From: Nitrospinota bacterium
GTDB lineage: Bacteria; Nitrospinota_A; UBA7883; JACRGQ01
Reading direction: 5' to 3'
Assembly: GCA_016217735.1 (NCBI GenBank)
Contig: JACRGQ010000052.1
Location: 1,838-65,837, forward strand
DNA: 64,000 nt
The notes below the pieces were generated by a model. The model was given only the letters and a program-made list of their open reading frames with translations. It was not told the DNA's origin and made no database searches. Of the stretch, positions 8,769-18,242 are shown piece by piece. A program made the position numbers and the translations under genes. Every line of letters starts with the position of its first letter. Positions within the stretch are counted from its first letter, which is position 1.

Positions 8769-9911
8769 ATGACCCCAATCAACCTGCTGTGCATTGCCGC
8801 CCCGTTCGGCCTTTATTTTCTTCCCTATGGATGGGTATTGGGCGGGGCGGGGGCATTGGCCATTGCCGCCGCGCTGCCGGTGCTTTTGCCGCTGGAAAAT
8901 CAGGATCGCGCGCAGGAACTGTTTATTTCCACCGTCGCTTTTTTTGCCGCGCTCGCCGCGAACCGGCAGCAGCCGATGCTGGCATATTCCGCGCTGGCGC
9001 TTTGGGGCGGCCGGCGGTTGATAGGCGCTGGCGGATTGGCGCGGGGTTTGCCATGGCGGCGGTTTGCGGCCGCCTGGCTCGCCGCTTTCGCTCCGCTGGC
9101 GTTGGGCGCGTTTTTTGGGGAGATGAGTTTTTCCGGGGCGGCGCTCGGCGCGCTGGCGCTGGCGGCCGTTTCCCGCCTGGTGACGGAGCGTTTGGCGCCC
9201 AATTCGCGGGGGATGACCGGGGAAGCCGCGGCGGCGGCGCTCATGGCGGTTATCGCCACATTGCGGCCCGAAAACCTCGCCTTCCTGGGCAGTCCTTTCT
9301 GGGGACTTGTGTACGGCGTTTTCTGCGGCGTCTTCTTTTTCAGGCTTGGCTTGTTGGATCGTTTTGCCGCCTGGCTTTTTGCGCTCTGCGGCGCCGTAAT
9401 TTACATTACGGCGGGGCGTGAACTGTTTCTATTTTATTTACTTTTTTTCGCGGTGTTCGAAGCGGGAGGGCGGTTACCGCACCGGCATTCAAATGACGCC
9501 GCATCGGTTCCCATGGCCCGGAGCGTCTTTGCGGCCGCCTCCATGGGGGCCGCCGCCATTGCCCTTCTTTCGGCTGGTGCATCCGATCCCTTTCCATTTT
9601 TCTTCGCCATCGCCGGAGGTTTTTCCGCCGCGGTCTTTGGCGCATGGGCGGGATGGGAGGAGTATTCCCCGTTGCGGCTTCTGTTTGGTTTTTGGGGATC
9701 GGCGCTTCTGGCCTCATGCGGTTGGCTTTCCTCCTCTTACCCGGCCGGAGCCGCGCCGCTGGTGATGTTCACCGGCTTTGCGGCGGCGGGAGCCTACTAC
9801 ACGCGCGGTCTGCTTGCTTCTCCCGAAAACGACAGGAAGTGGCTGGAGTACGCGTTCGGCGCGCTAACGGCGGTGTTTCTTTTCAAGGCGTTTACGGCCT
9901 ATCTGGTGTAA
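8769..9911 (+). CDS. Hypothetical polytopic membrane protein (Ala/Leu/Gly/Phe-rich)
   Basis: 380-aa ORF with at least 8 hydrophobic segments. No recognisable catalytic motifs. Overlapping alternate-frame ORFs are GC artefacts. Confidence 0.45.
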   Translation: MTPINLLCIAAPFGLYFLPYGWVLGGAGALAIAAALPVLLPLENQDRAQELFISTVAFFAALAANRQQPMLAYSALALWGGRRLIGAGGLARGLPWRRFAAAWLAAFAPLALGAFFGEMSFSGAALGALALAAVSRLVTERLAPNSRGMTGEAAAAALMAVIATLRPENLAFLGSPFWGLVYGVFCGVFFFRLGLLDRFAAWLFALCGAVIYITAGRELFLFYLLFFAVFEAGGRLPHRHSNDAASVPMARSVFAAASMGAAAIALLSAGASDPFPFFFAIAGGFSAAVFGAWAGWEEYSPLRLLFGFWGSALLASCGWLSSSYPAGAAPLVMFTGFAAAGAYYTRGLLASPENDRKWLEYAFGALTAVFLFKAFTAYLV

Positions 9912-10035
9912 TTGCGTTTGTGCCGCTTTGCTAAAAGGTGGTATAAAAGGGAAACGGCGGGAAGGCTTGCAAGGCCGTTTGCCGGCAGGCGGATAACCGT
10001 TGCGTGGCATGCGGGGAAGGGTTTTAGGAGGAAGA

Positions 10036-10536
10036 GTGAAGCAACGCATCATCATTGTTTTCGCCATATTCATGGCGGTTTTCGGTCTTTCTTCGGCCAG
10101 CGCTTTTTCCCGGTTGCAGGAAAATCTGGTTGGCTTGCCGAACCGTTTCGCTGTTACGGTCGCCGATTTCGCCGCCGACGGGGGTTTTACCCCTCAAAGC
10201 GTCCGTGACATGGTGGAACAGCAGTTGCGGGCCGCCGGTTTTACGCTGGCATCGGAAAACAGCGCGCCGCCGCTAGCCACCGTTCAGGTGATGGTTGTGC
10301 GCCATGATGACCCCTCGGAGGGGAAGATTTATATGCTGGACGTGAATGTTTATAATCGCTCGACGCTGAATACCACCTACCGTCTGCGTATGGGAACCAT
10401 CTGGGTGATGGGCTCGGAGAAGGTGGCCGCGGGAAATGAATTTCCAAGGGATGTCGAGGGGAAATTGAGCCAAATGCTGCGCTATCTGGTGCAAGACTAC
10501 TTTGCCGCGAATCCCAACGAAGGCGGCAAGCAGTAA
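10036..10536 (+). CDS. Hypothetical secreted protein
   Basis: GTG start at 10036 preceded by AGGAGG. Signal peptide IIIVFAIFMAVFGLSSASA. No family recognised. Confidence 0.5.
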   Translation: MKQRIIIVFAIFMAVFGLSSASAFSRLQENLVGLPNRFAVTVADFAADGGFTPQSVRDMVEQQLRAAGFTLASENSAPPLATVQVMVVRHDDPSEGKIYMLDVNVYNRSTLNTTYRLRMGTIWVMGSEKVAAGNEFPRDVEGKLSQMLRYLVQDYFAANPNEGGKQ

Positions 10537-10577
10537 GGGGGAGGGCGCTCAGCCGGCGCTGAACCCGGCGAACCCCC

Positions 10578-10916
10578 TCAACCGTTCTTTACGATGTCTT
10601 CGATTATCTTGTTGGCGATCTTGTCGCTGCTCACATAGTAGGTGCCGTTATCGACCTTCTGTTTCAGCTCGGCGACCTTCTCGGCGCGAAGGTTGGGGCT
10701 TTTCTTGATCTGATCGTGAATTTTGGCAACTTCCTTGCCCAAATCCGAAACCAGTATCTTTTCGCTTGCCCCCTGCGCTCCCTGCGGCGTGGAAGCCACC
10801 TCTTTGGCCTGCGCGGCGTTGCTGGCGTAAGCGGCCTTGCCTTTTTCGGCGGATTTGCCGGTGTTACCCAGCCGGTCTTTCTTTAAGTTGCTATTGTCAG
10901 AACCTGTTACTTTCAT
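10578..10916 (-). CDS. flgM: Anti-sigma-28 factor FlgM
   Basis: 112 aa, Ser/Ala/Lys-rich and probably disordered in its N-terminal part. The conserved C-terminal FlgM motif is present (KVAELKQKVDNGTYYVSSDKIANKII). A perfect sigma-28 promoter lies upstream. Confidence 0.75.
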   Translation of the reverse strand: MKVTGSDNSNLKKDRLGNTGKSAEKGKAAYASNAAQAKEVASTPQGAQGASEKILVSDLGKEVAKIHDQIKKSPNLRAEKVAELKQKVDNGTYYVSSDKIANKIIEDIVKNG

Positions 10917-11016
10917 GGTAAGCCACCTCCATCACATTATTGCGTCCGTTCAATCTTTCCTGGCGGGCTGTTCACCCCCGCCGGGAAGAGCACTCTTTTA
11001 TAGTTCTCCGGTTGCT

Positions 11017-11043
11017 TTATCGGCATTGTATCAGAAAACTTTA
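11017..11043 (-). promoter_or_regulatory. Sigma-28 (FliA) class III flagellar promoter, TAAA-N15-GCCGATAA, driving flgM
   Basis: The plus strand reads TTATCGGC-N15-TTTA at 11017-11043, which on the minus strand is TAAA-N15-GCCGATAA. It sits about 100 nt upstream of the flgM start. Confidence 0.65.
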
Positions 11044-11174
11044 GGGGGGTGTTTTTTAGGTTGAAGCGCAACGCTTTGATAATAAAGAGGTATTTGGCTG
11101 CAAAAAAATTATTGCATGTTCCTTATCTCTCACTACTTTTCGGCGTACCCACCTGAAACTTAACGGGGAAAAAT

Positions 11175-12488
11175 TTACCGGCTATTTTCGGTGATGATAA
11201 ATTTGCGTGTGGCTGTGTTGGTGCGGGAAAAAACATAGCTTGAATGCCGGTTCATGTCGATCCGCCGGTTTTTGGCAATATCTATCAGGGTCATTTTCGG
11301 GTTGCCGGCCATTAATTTCCACGAGAGGGTTACCTGCCGGTTCTCGCCCCCCTGCACCACGGTGATCCAGCTTTTGGCGGCGCTATGCCGGATGTCTGAG
11401 CTGCGCCGGATGTCGGTCTCATTGTGGCGCACGAAGTAGACGGAGAGGTGTTGTGGCCAGGAGGGGGGTTCGGCGGTATTGAGGGCATCCAGCGCCATTT
11501 CCGTTTCGGGTATGATGCCGAGGTAGTTGTCGGTGTCGCGGTAGGCGCCATCGGTGGCGGAAAGTTTTACCAGCCAGCCGCCTCCGCCGGTTCCATTGGG
11601 AACTGCAACGGGACTTTGTTCTTCAAAAATCCTCGGTTCCGCCTGGGTGGGGGGGATCACCAAGTCCAGGCCGCTGTCATGGGCGTTAAAGACCATATAG
11701 CCGTGGAATGGGAGCAGTGTGCCGACCTTTTCATAGCCTCCGGCGGAAAAATCCCAGACTGCGGGGCCGAGATAGGGAGCCGCTTCGGGATTTTGGGCCA
11801 AGACCTCTCTCCAGTCAACGGGATAAAGAAAGGGGGAGCCGACCAGGTTCCAGCCGCTGTTGAGGCGGATATGGAACGGGGCGGCGCCATCAATCGTTTT
11901 GCCGGAAAGGAAGAGATCGGTTTTGTCCGCGGCGATGAACCAGTAGGCCTTGCCCGGTTCGATGCTTGCGATGGCGGTGAATTCCTTGTATCCCTCTTTT
12001 TCCAGGGAAAATATCCGCCACCGGGCCGCGTCGTAACGGGGGAGGTAGCGGAAAATGTCTTGCGCCGATTGGCCGCCGGTGGAGTAGGGTATGGTGAACA
12101 GGATGTAATCGGCCGCTTTCGCTCCCCCTTTGACGGTGATGGTTTTGTAGCCGTAACCGCTGGGGGCGAGTATCCGGGTGAGCGCCGCCGGAGACTCGTT
12201 TCCCGCGGCGTCAAGCGCGGTGACGGCGAAACTGTATGGCTGACCATTGATCAGGCCGGTGAGGCGGACGAAAGTGTCCCGCACCGGCGTTTGGTTGATT
12301 TTGGAAAAGCGGCCGTCGGTGGCTTTGAGGTAGAAATTGTATCCCGCGCAGCCGGAAACGGCCCGCCATTCGATCCGGGCGGACGATTCGCCGCTTTCGG
12401 CGCTCATGATGGCGGGCGGAGCGACGCTGGCGGGCGCGTGCCGGGGCACAAGCAGGGCGATGGCCGCCGCCACAAGCAACCGCTTCAT
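11175..12488 (-). CDS. Secreted protein with fibronectin type III domain
   Basis: Signal peptide followed by an FN3-like segment (IEWRAVSGCAGYNFYLKATDG...YSFAVTALDAAGNES). The remainder is unassigned. Confidence 0.55.
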   Translation of the reverse strand: MKRLLVAAAIALLVPRHAPASVAPPAIMSAESGESSARIEWRAVSGCAGYNFYLKATDGRFSKINQTPVRDTFVRLTGLINGQPYSFAVTALDAAGNESPAALTRILAPSGYGYKTITVKGGAKAADYILFTIPYSTGGQSAQDIFRYLPRYDAARWRIFSLEKEGYKEFTAIASIEPGKAYWFIAADKTDLFLSGKTIDGAAPFHIRLNSGWNLVGSPFLYPVDWREVLAQNPEAAPYLGPAVWDFSAGGYEKVGTLLPFHGYMVFNAHDSGLDLVIPPTQAEPRIFEEQSPVAVPNGTGGGGWLVKLSATDGAYRDTDNYLGIIPETEMALDALNTAEPPSWPQHLSVYFVRHNETDIRRSSDIRHSAAKSWITVVQGGENRQVTLSWKLMAGNPKMTLIDIAKNRRIDMNRHSSYVFSRTNTATRKFIITENSR

Positions 12489-13156
12489 TGTTTATCCTCC
12501 AGGGCCAAAAAGAGCGCATCGATCTTTTCCCTCGATTTTACCCCCGGTTTAATTTCCACGCCACTGGCGAGATCGATTCCCCAGGGAGCGAGCGCCGCCG
12601 CCTCGGCGGCATTATGCGGGCCGATGCCTCCGGCCAATAGTATTTTTACGCCGGGATTTTCCCTGATTATCGCTTCCGCGAGGTTCCAGTCGCTTTTTTT
12701 TACGCTGCCGCCGAACATCTTCGGCACTTTCGTGTCGAGCACAAAACCGTCGGCTCCGGCGGACAGGTATCCATTAATGAGCGCGAGGAATACATCGGCT
12801 GTTTTATCCGGCTCCGCCGTCATCGGCAGGTGGATCGATTTGAAGACCGGTATCCCAAACCGCTTGCGCACCTCAGCCACGGTGGCGGCGTTCTCGTTCG
12901 CGGTAAGCTGGAAAAATCCGGGCGTCAGCGTCCGCGCGATTTCACCGTAAAGTTCCATTGGCGCGTCGGCGGTCAGGGCAAAAGTATTTTTAGCGTTCAC
13001 GGCGAAAAGCGGCTTGGCGTTTTCAATTGTCTGTGTGCGGGGCGAAGAGGCGACCTCCACCACCACGCCGCAGAAATCGGCTCCGCGTTTGAAAGAGTAT
13101 TCGATGTCGGCGGCCCGTGTTTGGCCGCAGAGTTTGACGGCGGTTTTTCTGGTCAA
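12485..13156 (-). CDS. trpF: Phosphoribosylanthranilate isomerase
   Basis: 223 aa TIM-barrel with TrpF motifs (VKLCGQTRAADIE, GADFCGVV, ILLAGGIGPHNAAEA). Confidence 0.8.
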   Translation of the reverse strand: MTRKTAVKLCGQTRAADIEYSFKRGADFCGVVVEVASSPRTQTIENAKPLFAVNAKNTFALTADAPMELYGEIARTLTPGFFQLTANENAATVAEVRKRFGIPVFKSIHLPMTAEPDKTADVFLALINGYLSAGADGFVLDTKVPKMFGGSVKKSDWNLAEAIIRENPGVKILLAGGIGPHNAAEAAALAPWGIDLASGVEIKPGVKSREKIDALFLALEDKQ

Positions 13157-13160
13157 TGCC

Positions 13161-13700
13161 TTAAAACGATTCCAGCATGCCGCTCACCTGTTTGCTGCGG
13201 TAGAAGCTGGTGCTGGCGGCGGACATGATGTTGCCGTTGCGGACGTCGATCATTTTCACCACCAAGTCGACATCGCTCCCTTTCTGCAGGTCGGAGAGGA
13301 TGCCGACGATGAGGGCGTCCACCGCCAGGGCCTGCCCCAACTTGATGGCGCTTTCGGTGTTGAGCGTGCCGTTGTACTTGATTCCCTGCGCTTTTATCGC
13401 GGTGGCCACTTCGCCGTCCGATGGGGCGGTGAAAAGCGCCTTCTGCGATGTTATCTCCATGAATTTCCCGGTAACGTATTTGCCCAGTTGGCTGGTCTTG
13501 CCGTTTTGGTTTACGAAGTCGAGCACGGCGGCGCGGCGGGGGCGGCGCAAGGCGTTTTGTGCCAGTTGATCGGCCAGCAGGCCCAGTTTTCCGTTGAAAT
13601 AGAGGGAATCGGTGACCGGCGGCGGCAGGGGTTCCTTCGAGCAGGATACGGCGAACCCAAGCAGGAACACAACGACCGAAACCAAGAACACCCGCTTCAT
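13161..13700 (-). CDS. Lipoprotein with LpoB-like fold (the PBP-activator, TolB-N and CsgG-N fold family)
   Basis: Lipobox at MKRVFLVSVVVFLLGFAVSC. The core segments AVLDFVNQNGKTSQLG and ALAVDALIVGILSD...VDLVVKMIDVRNGNIM resemble LpoB. The start was chosen at the internal Met (13700). Confidence 0.45.
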   Translation of the reverse strand: MKRVFLVSVVVFLLGFAVSCSKEPLPPPVTDSLYFNGKLGLLADQLAQNALRRPRRAAVLDFVNQNGKTSQLGKYVTGKFMEITSQKALFTAPSDGEVATAIKAQGIKYNGTLNTESAIKLGQALAVDALIVGILSDLQKGSDVDLVVKMIDVRNGNIMSAASTSFYRSKQVSGMLESF

Positions 13701-13843
13701 ATTGCGTTTATGTTTACCATAGCAGTCGCCCGAATACAATTATTTATGTCGGGTTGCGCCGTGCCGGGCGGGAAACGGCGTGGGAAATGTTACAATGGCA
13801 TCCGCCAGCATTGACTGATGTGATGTTAATTTGGGGAGGGATT

Positions 13844-14302
13844 ATGGAAGCAGCGGAACTTGAAAAATATATTCTTCTGCTCAAGTCGGTGGACTTTTTC
13901 AAGCCGTTCACCAACGAAGAGCTTGCCGAACTCCTCAAGTACGCGGAAGTGAAGAGGTACGCCATCCAGGAATACATCATGAAGGAAGAGACGGTTGAAT
14001 ACACGTTCTACGTCCTGCTGAAGGGGAAGGTGAACGTGATCAAGGACGACCCGTTGAAGAGGCGCAAGGTGAAGATCGCGCAACTGGGAACGGGCGCCTG
14101 CATGGGTGAGATGGCGATGCTGTTGGACGGCCGCCGGAACGCGAGCATTGTGGCGGCGACGGAGAGCTATGTGTTCAAGGTGCATGCCAAAGAAGTGGAG
14201 TATATGGCGCTTGAAACGCAGCTCAAGTTTATCAAGCGCGTCGCGGTGAACATGGCGCTGAAACTCAAGGATCAGAGTGCCACGCTTATCGAGGCGCTGT
14301 AG
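13844..14302 (+). CDS. Cyclic-nucleotide-binding (cNMP/CAP effector) domain protein
   Basis: ATG 13844 preceded by GGGGAGGG. The cNMP-binding beta-roll signature is present (VLLKGKVNV...GTGACMGEMAMLLDGRRNASIVA). Confidence 0.65.
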   Translation: MEAAELEKYILLLKSVDFFKPFTNEELAELLKYAEVKRYAIQEYIMKEETVEYTFYVLLKGKVNVIKDDPLKRRKVKIAQLGTGACMGEMAMLLDGRRNASIVAATESYVFKVHAKEVEYMALETQLKFIKRVAVNMALKLKDQSATLIEAL

Positions 14303-15680
14303 CGGCCCCCGGCCGCAACTGGAGTTTCAGTATCCGCTTCGTTCCCGGGGTGATCTTCACCCGTTCCGAAAGCCGGACTCCGGCGATCCACAATACTTCA
14401 TTCCCCGCGGCCAGCAGCGGGATACCATCCCGTTCCCAGCGGGGGATTTTCGCGTCGATAAAAAATTTTTTGAGTTTCCGCGTTCCCGGCGCGCCCAGCG
14501 GGGCGAAGACGTCGCCCGCGCGGCGGTTGCGGATTTCCGCGCCCGGGGGGAGCATCGCCGCGTCGATGTAGACGGTGGCGCAGGCGGGGTCGTACGAGTG
14601 CGGCGGCCGATCCGTTGTCTCCACGCCGACCGCCGCGCCGGTTTCGGCGATGGGAATATATCCGGACGGGGGGAGGGGATAGGCGAAGGGGGGGATGGCC
14701 AGCGGCGCGCGGATGCAGTAAAAAACGCCGTGTGCGGCGTATGCGCGTATCCCCTTGAGGGAAATTTCACCGTGCGGCATATTCCCCGCGGCGAGATGGC
14801 GCAGTCCCTCCAGATGGTCGAAGGTGACCCCCATCAGGTGCTTGCGCGCCGAGCCGAGCGCGCGGCGTATCACTTCGCGTTGCAGGGCCACTGGCAGCGG
14901 GGCAAAGCGGGCGCACGGGAACGAAAGCCCCCCCTCCGGCAGCCGTGTGCCGATGGCGGCCGCCGTTTCCTTGGCGGTGGCGGCCAGAAATTCCTGTGCA
15001 TCGTGGAAGATGGTTGCCGTCTTGAGGAGCGCGGCGCGCACGGCGGGGTTATAGTCCCGTTCCAGATAGGGGATGAGCTGGTTGCGCACCCGGTTGCGGG
15101 CGTATTTGTTGGCGAAGTTCGAGCTGTCAGTCCGGTAGGGTTGGCCGATTCCGTCGAGCCACGCCAGAAGATCGGCTTTGTGTACGCCGGTGAGCGGGCG
15201 TACCACATGGGCGCCGCGCGTTTTCGGCAGGCCGGAAAGCCCGCGCGGTCCCGCGCCCCGGAGCAGGTTTAGCAGAAACGTCTCCGCCACGTCGTCGGCG
15301 GTGTGGGCGGTGGCGATCACGTTGGCGCGCCCCCGCTCCACGGTGCGGCGGAAGATGAGATAGCGCAGGTCGCGCGCGGCGGATTGCACCGATCCCCCCG
15401 CCGCATCCATATAACGTTCGAGATGAATCCGCTGTTCGTAATAGGGGACGCCAAGCCGCGCGCAGAGTTCGCGGCAGAAGCGGGCATCCTCATCCGATTC
15501 GGCGCCGCGGAGGCCGTGGTTGATATGCAGCGCGGCGATTGATATGCCGAGCCGGGTTCGCAGTTCGTGCAGCAGCAGGAGCAGGGCGGTCGAGTCCGGC
15601 CCGCCGGAAACGGCGGCGCAGACGGTTTCACCGGGTTTTATCAACTGTTTGGCGGCGGTCAGCACCGCTGATTGAATCAC
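14286..15680 (-). CDS. tilS: tRNA(Ile)-lysidine synthetase
   Basis: PP-loop SGGPDS at the N-terminus, TilS length and C-terminal domain. 464 aa. Confidence 0.85.
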   Translation of the reverse strand: MIQSAVLTAAKQLIKPGETVCAAVSGGPDSTALLLLLHELRTRLGISIAALHINHGLRGAESDEDARFCRELCARLGVPYYEQRIHLERYMDAAGGSVQSAARDLRYLIFRRTVERGRANVIATAHTADDVAETFLLNLLRGAGPRGLSGLPKTRGAHVVRPLTGVHKADLLAWLDGIGQPYRTDSSNFANKYARNRVRNQLIPYLERDYNPAVRAALLKTATIFHDAQEFLAATAKETAAAIGTRLPEGGLSFPCARFAPLPVALQREVIRRALGSARKHLMGVTFDHLEGLRHLAAGNMPHGEISLKGIRAYAAHGVFYCIRAPLAIPPFAYPLPPSGYIPIAETGAAVGVETTDRPPHSYDPACATVYIDAAMLPPGAEIRNRRAGDVFAPLGAPGTRKLKKFFIDAKIPRWERDGIPLLAAGNEVLWIAGVRLSERVKITPGTKRILKLQLRPGAATAPR

Positions 15681-15681
15681 A

Positions 15682-16779
15682 TCAGTCCTTAAAACGGCTC
15701 AGTATGTTGATAAAATCCTGTTCGATGGCCTGGTAGGCTTCCACCACGGCGGGGTCGAAGTGCGTACCGATCCCTTGCATGATGATCCGGTGTGTCTCCG
15801 CGTGCGGTATGGGGGGTTTGTAGATGCGTTTGGAGATGAGGGCGTCGTACACGTCGGCCAACGCCATGATACGCGCCGCGAGAGGTATCTCTTCCCCTTT
15901 GAGATTGGCGGGGTAGCCGTTCCCATCCCATTTTTCGTGGTGGCAATAGGCGATTTCCTTCGCCATATGGAGAAACGAGCTGTTGACCGTAAGGCGTTTC
16001 TCCGATTCTTCAAGCGTCCAGCCGCCGATGACGGAGTGCTGTTTCATAACCTCAAACTCCTCGGCGGTGAGCCGTCCCGGCTTGAGCAAAATGGCATCGG
16101 GGATTCCCACCTTGCCGATATCGTGCAGCGGCGAGGCCCGCTGAATTGTCATGATGAACGCGTTATCCACCATGTCCCGGTATGAGCCGTTCTTCCGCAA
16201 TTGCACCGCGAGGGCCCGCGTGTATTCACGTATCCGCTCCAAGTGTCCGCCGGTCTCGGGGTCACGGTGTTCGGCCAGCTTGGCGAATCCGAACATCGCC
16301 AGGTCGCGGGTTTGTTCGATTTCGACGGTTCGTTCCACCACCTTGATCTCCAGAGATTTCTGAAGGGCGATATTTTCGTCGAAGGCATGTTTGAGCCGGA
16401 GCATCGAGCTTGAGCGGGCCTTCAGTTCCAGCTCGTTCACCGGTTTGTTCAGGTAATCGTTGGCTCCGGCGGCAAGCCCGGCGATGAGCTGTTCGTCGGT
16501 TTTCCGGTCGGCGGTGAGCAAAATGACCGGCACCCGCTGATTCACTATTTCGCGCACTTTGCGGGTGAGGGTGATGCCGTCCATTTCCGGCATCCGTATG
16601 TCGGTGACGATGAGATCGATGTCCTCTTTGTGTTTCTCGACGAGCCGGAGCGCTTCCAGGCCGCTGGCGGCCCGCAGGGTTTTCGCCCCTTCCATGCCGT
16701 AAATCATCTCCAGCAGTTCAAGATTGGACTCGGTGTCATCCACCAGCAAAACCAGGGCATTATTAAGTTGGCTGCTCAT
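15682..16779 (-). CDS. Response regulator with receiver + HD-GYP c-di-GMP phosphodiesterase domain
   Basis: REC N-terminus (LVLLVDD...VTDIRMPEMDG). HD-GYP signature HHEKWDGNGYP and HD motif (LHDIGKVGIP). Start at the internal Met 16779. Confidence 0.8.
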   Translation of the reverse strand: MSSQLNNALVLLVDDTESNLELLEMIYGMEGAKTLRAASGLEALRLVEKHKEDIDLIVTDIRMPEMDGITLTRKVREIVNQRVPVILLTADRKTDEQLIAGLAAGANDYLNKPVNELELKARSSSMLRLKHAFDENIALQKSLEIKVVERTVEIEQTRDLAMFGFAKLAEHRDPETGGHLERIREYTRALAVQLRKNGSYRDMVDNAFIMTIQRASPLHDIGKVGIPDAILLKPGRLTAEEFEVMKQHSVIGGWTLEESEKRLTVNSSFLHMAKEIAYCHHEKWDGNGYPANLKGEEIPLAARIMALADVYDALISKRIYKPPIPHAETHRIIMQGIGTHFDPAVVEAYQAIEQDFINILSRFKD

Positions 16780-16845
16780 GATAAATAATCCTGCGGGATT
16801 CCTCTTATGTCTTATCCGCAAAGTATATTATCATTTGGGGATAGC

Positions 16846-18240
16846 ATGGAAAACATATTAGTAGTGGACGATAACCAGGACAATCTGGACCTCATCAGCC
16901 TGATGCTGGAGCGCAACGGCTTCGGCCATGTCACCGCGCTCTCGGGCATGGAGGCGTTGGTGAAGATGGAAAAAGAGCCCTTCCGGCTGGTTATCAGCGA
17001 TCTGATGATGCCGCAGATGAACGGCATCCAACTCCTGGAAAAGGTGAAAGAATCCTGGCCTGAAACCGAGGTGATCATCGTCACCAGCGTCGGCATCGTG
17101 AAGCCCGCGGTGGAGGCGATGAAGAAGGGGGCCTATAGCTATATCCAGAGGCCGTTTGACGATGATGACCTGGTGTTAGAGGTGAAAAAAGTCCTCGACT
17201 ACGTGAATATGCGTAAAGAGAACACCAGTCTGCGCGAAGAGCTGGATCAGGTGCGCCATGGCAACCTGATGATCGGCAATACGCCGCTGATCCGGGCCAT
17301 TCAGGAGCTTATCGGCAGCGTGGCCAACACCAACGCCACGGTGCTGATCATGGGGGAAAGCGGCACCGGCAAGGAACTGGTGGCCAACGCCCTCCACAAC
17401 GCCAGCGGCCGGAAAAGAGGCCCGTTCGTCAAGGTTAACTGCGCCGCGCTGGCCGAATCGTTGCTGGAAAGCGAGTTGTTCGGCCACGAAAAGGGGGCCT
17501 TCACGGGGGCGATTGCCCAAAAGAAGGGGCGTTTTGAGATGGCGGACGGCGGCACCCTGTTTCTTGACGAAATAGGGGATATTTCTCCCGCCATCCAGGT
17601 GAAACTGCTGCGGGTCTTGCAGGAGCGCGAGTTTGACCGCGTGGGAGGTGCCAAGCCGGTGAAGACCGACGTGCGCATCGTCAGCGCCACGAATAAAAAT
17701 CTGGCCGAAGAGGTTAAGCGGGGAAGATTCCGGGAAGACCTTTTCTACCGCCTCAACGTGATTTCCGTCAATATGCCCGCGTTGCGCGAGCGCAAGGACG
17801 ACATCGCTGAGTTGGCCCGGTATTTCTTGGAAAAGTACAAGGCTGATGTGAACAAGAACATCGCGGGCATCACGGATAAGGCGATGCGGGCGCTTGTCAA
17901 CTACGACTGGCCCGGCAACATCCGCGAACTGCAAAATGTGATCGAGCGGGCGGTGGTGCTGGCGAACAGGCCGATGCTGGACCTGGCCGACCTGCCCGAC
18001 AACATCAGCAAAGGCCCGCAGCGCATTTCCATCGCCGCGGGCGAGGCGTTGCCGACGCTGAAAGAAGCCAAGCACCTCTTCGAGAAGCAGTATCTGGAGA
18101 AGGCGTTGCTGATGCACAAAGGGAACATATCGCGCACCGCCGAGAAGATAGAACTCGCCCGTAAAAACCTGCAAGACAAGATCAAGACCTACGAAATCGA
18201 CATTGACCGGCTGCTTGAGGGAAAGGCGGAGGAGGGGTAG
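16846..18240 (+). CDS. Sigma-54-dependent transcriptional response regulator (NtrC family: REC-AAA+-HTH)
   Basis: REC (ILVVDDN...ISDLMMPQMNG), then Walker A GESGTGKE, the GAFTGA motif and a C-terminal Fis-type HTH. ATG 16846 is preferred over 16807. Confidence 0.85.
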   Translation: MENILVVDDNQDNLDLISLMLERNGFGHVTALSGMEALVKMEKEPFRLVISDLMMPQMNGIQLLEKVKESWPETEVIIVTSVGIVKPAVEAMKKGAYSYIQRPFDDDDLVLEVKKVLDYVNMRKENTSLREELDQVRHGNLMIGNTPLIRAIQELIGSVANTNATVLIMGESGTGKELVANALHNASGRKRGPFVKVNCAALAESLLESELFGHEKGAFTGAIAQKKGRFEMADGGTLFLDEIGDISPAIQVKLLRVLQEREFDRVGGAKPVKTDVRIVSATNKNLAEEVKRGRFREDLFYRLNVISVNMPALRERKDDIAELARYFLEKYKADVNKNIAGITDKAMRALVNYDWPGNIRELQNVIERAVVLANRPMLDLADLPDNISKGPQRISIAAGEALPTLKEAKHLFEKQYLEKALLMHKGNISRTAEKIELARKNLQDKIKTYEIDIDRLLEGKAEEG

Positions 18241-18242
18241 CG

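Noticed and set aside
11424-12950. 508-aa plus-strand ORF spanning the FN3-protein and trpF genes on the opposite strand
   Set aside because: It crosses two well-supported genes on the other strand. Gly/Arg/Asp-rich with no motifs.
17176-18174. 332-aa ORF antisense to the NtrC-family regulator
   Set aside because: The sense strand carries the Walker A, GAFTGA and HTH motifs. The antisense is a compositional artefact.
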